Source of the DNA: Callorhinchus milii
Taxonomy: Eukaryota
Reading direction: 5' to 3'
Assembly: GCF_018977255.1 (NCBI RefSeq)
Contig: NW_024704743.1
Location: forward strand, 14,696,001 to 14,760,000
DNA: 64,000 bases
The translations under genes and the position numbers were made by a program. Below the pieces are notes generated by a model, which made no database searches, was not told where the DNA came from, and saw nothing but the letters and a program-made list of their open reading frames with translations. Below, piece after piece: positions 39,088-50,235 of the stretch (its first letter is position 1; the number at the start of each line of letters is the position of its first letter).

Positions 39088-41044
39088 AACCTGTCACCAC
39101 AACCACACTTACCCATTGCAGTGACAAACTGCAACATGCACTCTTACCGGTTGTATTGAATTATGCATGTACAGTGTAGATTATTGATGAAATCGGATTT
39201 TATGCGATTTATACAAGTTTGCCTGCAACTTGGACTTTGCGTAAGTCATATTAAATCATACAATTTATGTGAGTTTTACTGTATTCATAGAAACATTTCA
39301 CCATAGAAGGCAACCATTCAGCCATGGTGGGTGTTGTGCTGGTGCTAGCTGCCTGCAACTCGTACTTCGCATTAGTTATATTATGGTCCCAACAGATACG
39401 ACTTATGTGAGTTTTACTGTATGTACGATATGTATCGACAAAATGAGCATTTCTAGATTGTTACGCCATTTTATTCATAGTACTTATTTATTTATATATA
39501 TCACACATTTACTTAATGAGTTATGTTGTCATTAACCTAGCGACACTCATATTCTTAAACACTGAATACTTAAAAAGGTCACAAGAGAACACCAAATTAT
39601 TCAATCAATTTACCAATATTCCATAGTTCAAAGCATATTTTTGCCATATTACTTCTTGACTTCGCTTAAATATTTATATCCGTTGCATTTAAAACCAAAG
39701 CAAATGCCAGGTCTGACGTCTTGAATACAAATGAACTGTTGTTCAGTATTTCTCCTGCATAAATTCAATAGGTATCATTTGTGTGAAAAGGTCTACGAGC
39801 AACAGAAGTAATTTGTTATCCAGTTACAGTTAAGGGCTTTCATGTTGCTGTGCCAATGTAGATTTTAGTGCTTATCATTGGTGTACATCTTTCACTGGAT
39901 GAAATTAATTCCCTGCATCTGTCAAAAACGAACATAGCAAATGCGTTCTCTTGGAGACGCATTATGTGCAACATAAAAGCATCACTCTGACAGGTTCACC
40001 TAGTCAACTGCTTGGATTAGACTCCCGCTTCATTGAGGAGAAGAAAATGTCACACCTCCCCAGATGCAACCAACACAGATCCAACCAGCACAGATCCATT
40101 ACATTTATGTTTCAATAAGCAACTCTCAGCAAATGATTTCCTACAGGCAACAGCAGTGTAGAACTTACAGCTACAAATTGCACACTAAAAATAGAAAAAA
40201 AAATACAGGATCTAGGAAGAAATTACAAAGGCATAACTAGATTTGAGGAAGAGGTGTTGAAATGGCCAATCGTGAATTGTTTTTAAATTACATCACATCC
40301 CAGAGATTGAATTAAGCCTTTAACACTCCCCATGTGATTTTTGTATCTTCCCACTCACTTCACAGTGCTGTCTGATTCATGTACAAATCAAGAATGATTA
40401 GACTGGAGTTTCAACCAGGATATTTTTTCATAATGGATTTCAATGAAAAATGTCTAGGTAGAAACACAAACAATCCATGTTGTATAAGTCATAATTATTT
40501 GACATTTAGAGGCCGCAAGTGTCTCAATAAAACCTCCAACATTTGATGCTGCTCATATTTCAAGCCCTTTGAGATGTCCTCCCAACGTGAAAGGTATTAT
40601 ATAAACGTATGCTGTATTTATAGTGAAGTACTAGTGATGCATCTTTGAGAAGAGAGCAGCAAAGAGCATAGTAGCTGCTAGTTTCACACAGACTGCACAG
40701 TGGACTCGAACAGGACTGAAAGTAAGAGAATGCTGCAAAACGTACGAGTTAGGTTCAATTATAATGAGCAGTTTTCTAGTTTTAATGGGCTTTGTTTTGA
40801 CACCGTCATTCATGCTGGATTTTCTGGTACTGCAATTATATCCCATTGTTCTTGCTGCTGTTCAACTAGGAAGCTGTATTGAAGGATGCAGAGTAAAGAA
40901 GCTAACTGACAGATAATTAGGGCATTGCACCTGAAATATCAGTGTCAGATAAAAAACTGCTGTGCCGGAATATTGCAAGTTTGACTCCAAGTCTTATACT
41001 TCAGGTGTTTTCATTTTAGACCCATAGAAATTTACAGCGCGGAA

Positions 41045-41732
41045 TAACAACAACAAAATTGCATTTGTATAGCGCCTTTCACGTCGAGAGGACGTCCCAA
41101 GGCTCTGGACAGACAGAGTTATGGACCCGAGCTGGTGGTTGGGGTCGGGGAGGGGGGAGGGCAGGGTGGGGGAAGCAGGGAGATCGCAAGCACAGTCGAA
41201 GAGGAGGGTCTTGAGATGGTTCTTAAAGGTGGCAAAGGAGGGGATGAGGTGGAGGGACTGCAGGATAGAGTTCCAGAGAGTGGGGGCAGAGTGGCGGAAG
41301 GCCCGCCCGACAACAGTGGGGCGAGCGAGGCAGGGGATGTGAAGCAGAACGAAGCCCGCTGAGCGGAGAGAGCGAGTAGGATGGTAGAGAATTAGGAGGT
41401 TGCAGAGGTAGGGGGAGCGAGACCGTGGAAGACTTTGAAGGTGAGGAGCAGGATCTTGAACTGTATCCTCTGTGTGATGTGAAGCCAGTGCAGTTGGGTA
41501 AGGATGGGGGTGATAGGGTCGCGAAGCCTAGTGCCAGAGACAACACGGGCTGCTGAATTCTGGATGATCTGCAGCCTGTGGAGGGAGGAGTTGGGAAGGC
41601 CGACAAGCAATTTGTTTGCATAGTTGAGCCTCGATGTAATGAAAGCATGTATGAGGGTTTCGGCGGCCTGCGGTGTGAGACAGTGGGGGAGCCGGGCGAC
41701 GTTGCGGAAGTGAGGGATGGCAGAGCCTGTCA
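41045..41732 (-). mobile_element. L2 LINE 3' fragment with tail
   Basis: AAETLIHAFITSRLNYAN...LQIIQNSAARV...LHWL..TQRIQFKILL; the tail reads (aac)n on the plus strand. Confidence 0.94.
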
Positions 41733-42769
41733 CGTTTTAGTTCATTAAATGTTTTAAATGGGATTAAATATATAAATAGGCTTATATAGTAAACGTATTC
41801 ACAGAAAAGCAACATTTGCGGAGCTCGGGTAGAAATCCTCAGCATGTTTAGGCCGTTGTTAAAATTAAATAGAAAAAAATAAATTGTATCAGTTAAACTT
41901 CAACAGAGTGGAACCCTCTTAAAACAACTTTAAAATTGGTAAAATAAATTAAATACTGTCTTATGCAAAATGAAATTTTTGCAAGCAAGGCACAAAACTG
42001 CACAAACTATAAATCAACATGGTTTGAGGTACAGATAATTACAATTAGACATCTGGATAAATGGTTAAGTGGACAATAATTTTGATTCTCCAACATTTGA
42101 CTCATTTATAACCTGTTCTTATATTCCATCTTCAGAAGCGTTTTGAAATTATCAAGATACTTGCTAAGTAAATCCTTTGATTTGAGAAATTTTATTTGTA
42201 GGATCATTTTTTATGTGACATTTTGAGCCACAATCTGACAATTTTTTTTATGACTTCTTCAAAATATAAAATATATAATCCCCAAACCATGCCTTTCACC
42301 TCAGTTTGTTCACTAATACTATTTTACCTCTGTTGCTGGCAGTAGGATTTAAGTCTGACTCATTAAAGGTCAATTTATGAATGCTGAGAACTTTAATGAT
42401 TGCATGATTCCAGCCATCATTCCACAAGATGGCTTAATTCACTGTCAATGTGAAGTTAACACACAAACAATGCAATGACCTATACAGCATTGCTTGAAAA
42501 ATTAACTTCCAGGATAGAATGGGTATAAACAAGAATTTTGTAAGTGGTTCTTTAGTACTGTACACAGCTATTCTCGATAGTCTTGGGCTCAAGGCTATGA
42601 AACTGCCACCAGCTATAGTTACATCTGAGCGAAAACTGGGAGTCTGGGCTAAAACCTCTGCAAAGAACATTCATACTATCTTTCAACCCAACTGTTTATT
42701 GAAGGAAAGAACTTGCATTTTTATAATGCTTTGGCATATCAAAACATCACAAAATGCTTCACATGTAAT

Positions 42770-43445
42770 TGTTACAGTAAAGCTGCGAAACCAGGGATTT
42801 TGCGAAATCCATGAAATTTTCAATAAAATTGTGAAACCATGAAATCACCGAAATTAGGAGTCAGGTCCACTATCCCAGTAGTGGACAGTGGTAGAGCGGA
42901 TCCCAGGAATATCCTTGGTGTTATCTTTAATAGAGATTTAAACACTGAGCAGTGTAGGACAGCAGTGAAGGCCGGCATCCTGAGGGGTCACTCGTCTAGG
43001 AACCAATTTGACCTCTCCCCACAACAATTGTGAACAGAGTCCTGCGTCAACCAGGAGAAGTCAGTGTCATTGCTGTCATTGCACAGTCTGTTTGTGGTGG
43101 ACAAGGCTTTACAAAGTGTAACTGCGGTCAGAAGAAACGTTAGACCAACCGTTGTAAATGTTTCAAAGCAAAGCTAAAAAGTAACCCCCGGTGTCGTGGA
43201 AGCCTCACTTGTGTCAACAAATGAATATTTGACTCAGCAGTGAATGAAATGTCACATGAAGTTTATGATGAATAAAATATTAATTTTCATAATGTGTTAT
43301 TTGTTGATAATGCTAACAAGTGTCAATATGATGAAATGATCACTTTTTCACAAAATTCCTGACTCCTAATTTTAACGATTTAACAATTTTACTGAAAATT
43401 TCAGGGATTTCGCAAAATCCCTGGTTTCACAACTTTACTGTAACA
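42770..43445 (+). mobile_element. Ginger2/TDD-type non-autonomous DNA transposon (internal deletion derivative)
   Basis: Termini TGTTACAGTAAAG...CTTTACTGTAACA; TIRs at about 42770-42865 and 43358-43445; perfect 4-bp TSD TAAT (42766-42769 and 43446-43449); internal transposase remnant. Confidence 0.82.
42866..43224 (+). pseudogene. C-terminal remnant of an integrase-like (KRBA2/SCAND3-related) transposase
   Basis: IPVVDSGRADPRNILGVI...AVKAGILRGHSSRNQFDL, then after a stop and frameshift SVCGGQGFTKCNCGQKKR*TNRCKCFKAKLKSNPRCRGSLTCVNK* (TGA at 43222-43224). I recognise this Cys-rich tail from KRBA2/SCAND3-like proteins from memory. Confidence 0.75.
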
Positions 43446-44014
43446 TAATCACCATCAACAGTTGTGATTTCTTTTGGAGGATAACATTACAGCAAAGTCC
43501 CACAAACATTATGAGGAGAATGACTGATTAATCTGTAAATCTATTGAACAGAATTAACTCATTTCTCTTTACAAATAATATCCTGGGAGTTCTAACATCC
43601 ACCTGAATAGGCAGAGAGGATCTTGGTTTAATGCGTCTTCCATTGCAGTGCCCGTCTTTTACTTCACTGGAGGTCAACCTAGATTATGAGCTCAAGTCCT
43701 GACATGGATCATGAATCCACAATAATAATAAATAATTCTTGCATTTGATATAGCGCCTTATCAAGTCCTTAGACATCTCAAAGAGCTTCACAGAATACAC
43801 TGTAAAGTGGATTGTATACTTTGTGGTTTTTTGATCCAGAGGCTATTGCATTACCAACTGAATTGTCAGTACTGTCTGCTCAAACCTCAAGGCCATAATT
43901 AAACTGCCTCACTATTAATTGCTGTTTGCAGCTGAGCTACAGTAAAGTTTAAATTGTGCAAAGCATGCCATGCAATGAAATTAGGTTTGAACCCCTTTGA
44001 ACCAACAATTCTCG

Positions 44015-44105
44015 TGTCCTGGACATAAAATTTTGTGCATTTGAAAAGATCAAAAGTTGTTGAACTCCAACATCACTAAATGCAAACAATTTTATGTCCA
44101 GGACA
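44015..44105. repeat. Hairpin, 28-bp arms (26/28 paired), 35-nt spacer
   Basis: tgtcctggacataaaattttgtgcattt and aaatgcaaacaattttatgtccaggaca. Confidence 0.85.
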
Positions 44106-44201
44106 TGTTGGCCAAGGAAACACGTTAACTTAATCTGCATAAATACAGAAAGAAAACACACAAGTCTCGATAGGTCTAAGGCAATAGGTCTACAAATCAG
44201 T

Positions 44202-44303
44202 GGAGTTCTGTAGCTTAGTGGTTAGAGCACTCTCCTCACAAGTGAGAGGACTTGGGTTGGATTCCCAGCAGGGCAAAGGGTTGGGCAAGTTTCCTTACTC
44301 CAC
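44202..44303 (+). mobile_element. Isolated SINE tRNA-like head
   Basis: ggagttctgtagcttagtggttagagcac...ttgggcaagtttccttactccac. Confidence 0.85.
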
Positions 44304-45659
44304 AAGGAATATTTCTAATATATGTTATCACAGTATAACCTAGGATCTTTATATGAGCACTTCAGTGACTTTATGTACAGTAGATCAGGATTGCCATCAA
44401 CAAGCCCACAATTCTGTGTTAATTTTGAACTTGCTACAAGCTTAACAATATTCTCTTACCTAACCTCATATGTATCCTCAAAGCAGAATGAAAATAAAAA
44501 AACTGTGACAAGCAATTCATAATGTGCAATTCACACTGCATGATGAATCACCCACATTAAAACTGGCTGTAGACATATTACCTATATTATATTGCTACTG
44601 ATCCTTGAATCCGAGCTGACATCTTCTCATGACAGAAGCAATTTTAGCACTGACACAATCACCAGTTAGCGTTGCACAAAGCTATTTGCCTTGAAATAAA
44701 CTTTGAAGATATAAGGCTTCACAAACAACAAAGCTGGTCTTTCCAAAGAAACCACAATCATTATAGCAAGTATGTAAACTGCAAGTTACTTCACTTCTAA
44801 CCAATGTTATATCTAGAGATGCAATTTCAGGCAGCATTGCCAGTCTTTCCACTGGACAGATTCAAAGATCTCTCATATACACATTGGGAACACTCAATTA
44901 TATTAAACTAGACAAATTTGTTCAGAGAAACTGTTCAACAGAAGCATCTTTAATAACTCCAAGTTAAAAATTGGAAAATTGGCAGGCATTGCATGGGTAT
45001 CATGGCCACGAGATATCTATCTAGGCAGGATTTTGCAGAGCTATTCATAAAAAGGCTCTAATGTAACTAATGTAATGGACTCAAGCTCAGACAAGGGAAG
45101 GTGAATTGACAGTTGAGATCTAATTACTTCACACAGAGAGTGGTGAATATGTGGAATAGACTACCCGGAGAGTCAGCAAATTCAAGTGGGAATTAAATAA
45201 TTATTCAGCAAAAAAAAATTGAGGGGTATGAGATCAAGCGAGAGTAATCTAGGAATTTAAAAAATATTTTTAATATTTGGATTAAGTTATATAATGTTGG
45301 GTACCAGGGATGTAGTAATTCTATAGTAGTTTTTAGTGATAAGATATAAGTTTTTAGCGGCATGATAATTTCATATCACACTGAAAAGTCTCAAAGAACT
45401 TCAGAGATTTTCTGTTAAACATAGTGACTATTCAGCCCCTTGCTGCATATCCGAATAATACATTCCTTTTGAGCAATTTTTCACTTGTTCCAAGTTGAAT
45501 AGAACTGGAATGAAATCATTGTACAGAGAAGTGTTTCCATTCCAGTTACTTCAGCATTTCGGAGCTAACATGGCACAATTGTGAATAATAATGAAGTCAA
45601 GAACAGAGTTTTCCTTTTAAATCTAGTGACTGGGTAGGCAAACACAGCAACCATTTTGC

Positions 45660-46063
45660 AATGTCTCACAAACAGCCATGACATGAATGACCAATTTGTA
45701 TCTGGGGGATTGTTACATAGAACGATACAGCATAGAAACAGGTCAACTATGACACTGTTGGTTATACTGCACACAACCCCCTACCCTGCCTATTCCCCTC
45801 TCCGATACCCTTCAAGATTGCATAGATTGCTGACCAGGATGCAAGGAGAAACTCTCTTCTCTTTTTGAATAGTGCCATGGAATAACAGACAGACAGGAAG
45901 TCGATTTCACGTCTCATCCGAAATGTGACACCTCTGACAATGCAGGACTCTCCCAGCAATGGACTGGAATGTCAGCCAGATGATGAGCCCCAAAATAGTA
46001 TTTGAATCCACGACCTTCTGATTCAGAAGAAAGAGTGCCACCACCTGAGCCAGGCTGACACCT
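45660..46063 (-). mobile_element. Old Deu-domain (SacSINE1-like) SINE
   Basis: Minus-strand head ggtgtcagcctggctcaggtggtggcactc..gaatcagaaggtcgtggattcaaat, with core ttcggatgagacgtgaaatcga and ccatggcactattc. Confidence 0.75.
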
Positions 46064-46214
46064 TATATCTGTGCAATCCATTCAATCAGGTTATAAACAG
46101 CATCATGGACTTTATTATTCGCAATTCTGATGTGTCAGTTCTCAAATGCTGAAAGTAACTGAACAGGAAAAAAACTCTGCAGAAAGATTTAATTCCAGTT
46201 CTATACAAATAGGA

Positions 46215-46450
46215 ACAACAACAAATTTTATTTATATTGTGCCTTTCATATCAGGAGGCCGTCCCAAGGCACTAGACAGCCAAGGGTTTACACACGAGCT
46301 GGGGGTCAGAGGGGTGGAGGGCAAGGGGAGACAGAGGTGGAAATATGACTGAAGGCACGGTCAAAGAGGAAGGTCTTTGAGATAGGCTTTGAAGGAGGCA
46401 AAAGAGGAGGCAAGGCAGCAGGACTCTGGGTTGGAATTCCAGAAGATGAG
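46215..46450 (-). mobile_element. L2 3' tail
   Basis: KTFLFDRAF on the minus strand plus the tail motif. Confidence 0.8.
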
Positions 46451-46849
46451 GGACAAGTAAAACACTGCTCAAAAGGAATATAATATTCAGATATGCAGCA
46501 AGGTGCTGAATTACATAAGCAAGGAGACAAAAATAACCCTCCTGCTGCTGCAATCTGAAGCTGTAAGTCCTGGAAAATATTATAGCAATATGTGAAAGGA
46601 ATTGGTTTGGAAGTATATTAAATTTTTTAAAAAACTGTGAGGAAACGTCAGCAGAAAAAGTTTTAAGGTGAGATATTTCTCCTGTCATTAAGCACAATAA
46701 ATGTGACAATGTGCACTTGTAATTGCAGGAAATAAATCGCATTAAACACAAGTAAGAGAAATGTCAACCCCACACTTCCAGTTGTACCGTTACACAAACC
46801 CTTGAATAGTAACTGCTGCCAACTTTAGTGATTGCTTCTGTAGACAAAA

Positions 46850-47150
46850 TCAACAGCCATTTTGCACCAAAAAGGTCCCATGAACAATCACAAGTAGAAT
46901 GACCATTTGATCTGAAGAATTATTATCCAGAACATTGAGAGAAACTCCAATCTCTTCTGGATTAGTGCAGTGGCATCTTTAATGTCCACCTGAAAAACAG
47001 ACATCCAAACATCTCATCCAAAGAAAAACACCTCTGTTAATCCAGCACTCACCCAGTACTGAATTAATTATCAGCCTTATCCGAGCTCAAATCCCAACAT
47101 GGTCTTAAATTCACAACCTTGTGACCCAGAGACGAGAGTGAATTAAACTA
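46850..47150 (-). mobile_element. Old Deu-domain SINE relic
   Basis: atctttaatgtccacctga, catctcatccaaag and cacaaccttgtgacccagagacgagagtg. Confidence 0.6.
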
Positions 47151-47229
47151 ACACATCCATACAAAATTAAATGCATTTTATATTTTTTAAATTTTGCAAC
47201 GAAATGTCAAGTAGAATCGGTGAAGGCCA

Positions 47230-47272
47230 GGAGTGAAATGAGTGAAATGAAATGAAATGAGTGAAATGAAAT
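47230..47272 (+). repeat. (GAAAT)n/(GAGTGAAAT)n simple repeat
   Basis: gagtgaaatgagtgaaatgaaatgaaatgagtgaaatgaaat. Confidence 0.8.
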
Positions 47273-49254
47273 TATCAATGATGTTTGCTAAACTAATTTG
47301 GCAACCTTGTTTGCAGCAGTTTCTATATATTCAGCTGCAGTGCTCCGAGACATTAACCCGGGAAGTGCTCCAGGACGCTATCCCCGTGTGAAGGGCGCTA
47401 TACAAATGAAGTTGTTGTTGTACGTACTCTATATTGAAACATTATACTTGATTTTGTAAAAAAAATGAAGCAAAGACAACATGGTTTGTTTGCTCCCTTT
47501 GCATTCTACTAGACCTACATTTTTGATTGCAACTTTGGTTATTCTTCCCCTCCCTACCCTCGGTTCCCAAACCCAGGTCAGGTGCCAAGCAAGGACTGTT
47601 ATGTGCCTTGGGATGCGAACAGTACTATATAAATCTAAATTGTTATTGTATTGTATATTAAAATCAGATCTACAATACTGAGTCAATCACCAATACAATA
47701 ATCTAAAGGTTCAGATAACATATTATTGCAGTTTTTTCTCTCATCTTTCACACACCAGATATTGTCGTGTATAATAGTTTGCAACAATAGAAACTGTACC
47801 AGAGGCTGTTATCTTAAAGTGGGCTCTTGTAGGCTGAATCGGTTATTAAAAATAGCTTCCTCTGCTGAAGCAAATTGACGCACAAGGTAACAGCATTTTC
47901 TCCAGTAAGCACAGAAGCACATCATCCGGGTGGTCGGTGGTGGGGGCAGGGAGGAAGAGAAAAAACGTAATCTCACACAAAAATAATGAAAATAAGAAAG
48001 ATCATTACTTGAGCAGATCTCACCATTCCTTCTTGTACCATTAGATTGGTAATTGTATTCAAAAAACATGTTTCAAATAGTTTGCTCTTTTAATATCTGT
48101 ACTGTACAGTATAATCAGCATTCTCTTACAAAATACAGTATCTTTCTTTATCCCTAAATAAATTATGAAACAAAGCATGGGGAAATGCTACTTGTGGTGG
48201 TATGTTTGATATGTTCCATACCGTGATGTTGAAATATTTAAAAGTGCTTCACAGCAATTCCTGTTAAGTGTACTTACTTGATTGTTTGCAGTCCTGTTCC
48301 AAATGATTTTATTCAAAATGGGCTAAACATACTATCCTGCATATCAGAACAGACCCAACCTTTCAGACTTTGATTAAAAATATAGATTATGTAGATATAA
48401 AAACAGGAAATCATTGAAATCTACAGCAGGACAATCAGCGTAGAAAGACATGCTAATATTACCAGAGCTGAATTGATTGGGCTGGGAAAGGGAAAGTAAA
48501 ACGGGAAGAACAAAATAAAGACAATTAGAAAGTTAAAATATATACAAATCATTAAGAACAACAACTTGCACTTATATAGCGCCCTCCATGCTGGGTAGCA
48601 TCTCAGTGGGCTTAACTGGCTGCAAAAAAGCTTGTATCGTGGGAAATATTTGAAAGAGGTGTGAAAGGGCAATAAATAAATGACACAATTCCACTCTCAG
48701 GATGGAAGTTAGTTAGACAGGCATGGGCTGGATAAAGGCATAAAATACAGGTTTAAATGGGAATAGAAAGAAAGTGGATATATAAATATCCAGGAAATGG
48801 GGTACAAAAGTAGAGGGCACACCTAACGTTCAGCCCAGCAAGCTGAGGGTAAACAAGGAAAATAATCTAATATCGACATTGGTGTTGAACTTGGCTGGTG
48901 CAGTGGGCCAAAGATAATGAGATTGAAGCGAGCATAAAAGTATAAGTTTAACTAGCAAATAACATGGTCAATATTACGTTGATGGTCAGAATACAGATTG
49001 CATGAGAGGTTCAATAAAGAAAGCCCTTCAGGCATTTGATCTCATCCTTACAGAATCCCATCACAGGATTTAGCAGATTCTTAAATGAGTTCAGAGTTCT
49101 GGCTTCCACCACCCTTTCTGGTAACCTGCTATTTACCCTTTGTATGAAGAAACATTTCTGTTGTTGTTTGTCCTAACCTTTTTCTTCCAAGCTATGCTCG
49201 CTTTCCTTACTGCTATCAATATATTGCTCCATGTTTATTTTCTCATTAGTCAGC

Positions 49255-50235
49255 ATACAACTTCCACATGTATGCGGATGACACCCAACTCTATCTCTCT
49301 GCCTCCACCCTCAACCCCAGGACTACTGATGTCCTCAAGTCGTGGATGAGAGCCAACCTTCTACAGTTAAACATCAGCAAGACCAAGGCCCTCCTGATTG
49401 GCTCTCACCAGGGTCTCCGCACCTCAGGCACTGGCTATATCAGCATCCATGGATGCAGACTCCACCTCATCAAGTCAGTCAGGAACCAAGGCGTCTTGTT
49501 CAACCCTCAACTGTCCTTTCTCCCCCCGCATCCGTGCCATGACCCGCTCTGCCGACCCCACCTCCGCCACATTGCCCAACTCCGCCACTGTCCCACCCCT
49601 CAGGACACCAAAATCCTCATACATGTGTTCATTACAACCAGGCTTGACTATGCCAACGCTGTGCTCTTCGGCCTTCCCAACTCTTCTCGCCACAAGCTGC
49701 AGATCATCCAGATCTCTGCAGCTCGTGTCCTCTTCCACACCAGGCTCCGAGGCCCCATCACACGCACCCTCGTCCGGCTCCACTGGCTCCCCATCCCTCA
49801 GAGGATCGAGTTCAAAATTCTTGTCCTCACCTTCAAGGCCTTCCATGGCCTTGCCCCCTCCTACCTCTCTCACTGCTAACTTCTTATCAACCTGTCCACA
49901 CCCTCAGCTCAGCAGGCTCTGGCCTGCTCCATGTACCCTGCTCGACCCCCCCCACTATTGGGCCGTTGGGCCTTCAGCCTCTCTGCTCCCACCCTCTGGA
50001 ACTCCATTCCGCATTCCCTGCACCTCACTTCCTCCCTTGCCTCCTTCAAGGAATACCTGAAGACCCTCCTCTTCGACCATCCTTCAGCTACCCTTCTACC
50101 CTCTCTGCCCTCCATCCTCCCTGATCCCAAACCCCCACCACCCCCCCACCTTGGGTCCTAATCCCTGACTGTTCAGCGCCTTCGGATGTGCTCCCGATGT
50201 GAAAGGCACTTTACAAATGTTATTTTGTATTATAT
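49255..50235 (+). mobile_element. L2 LINE, RT end to tail
   Basis: ORF 49268..49879 reads MYADDTQLYL...WMRANLLQLNISKTKALL...RLDYAN...RLHWLPIPQRIEFKIL. Confidence 0.95.

Noticed and set aside
42773..43442. Reading the TIR element as Tc1/mariner-pogo (TA|CAGT...ACTG|TA)
   Set aside because: The inverted match extends beyond the TA to TGT/ACA and is flanked by a direct TAAT repeat. The coding remnant is not mariner-like.
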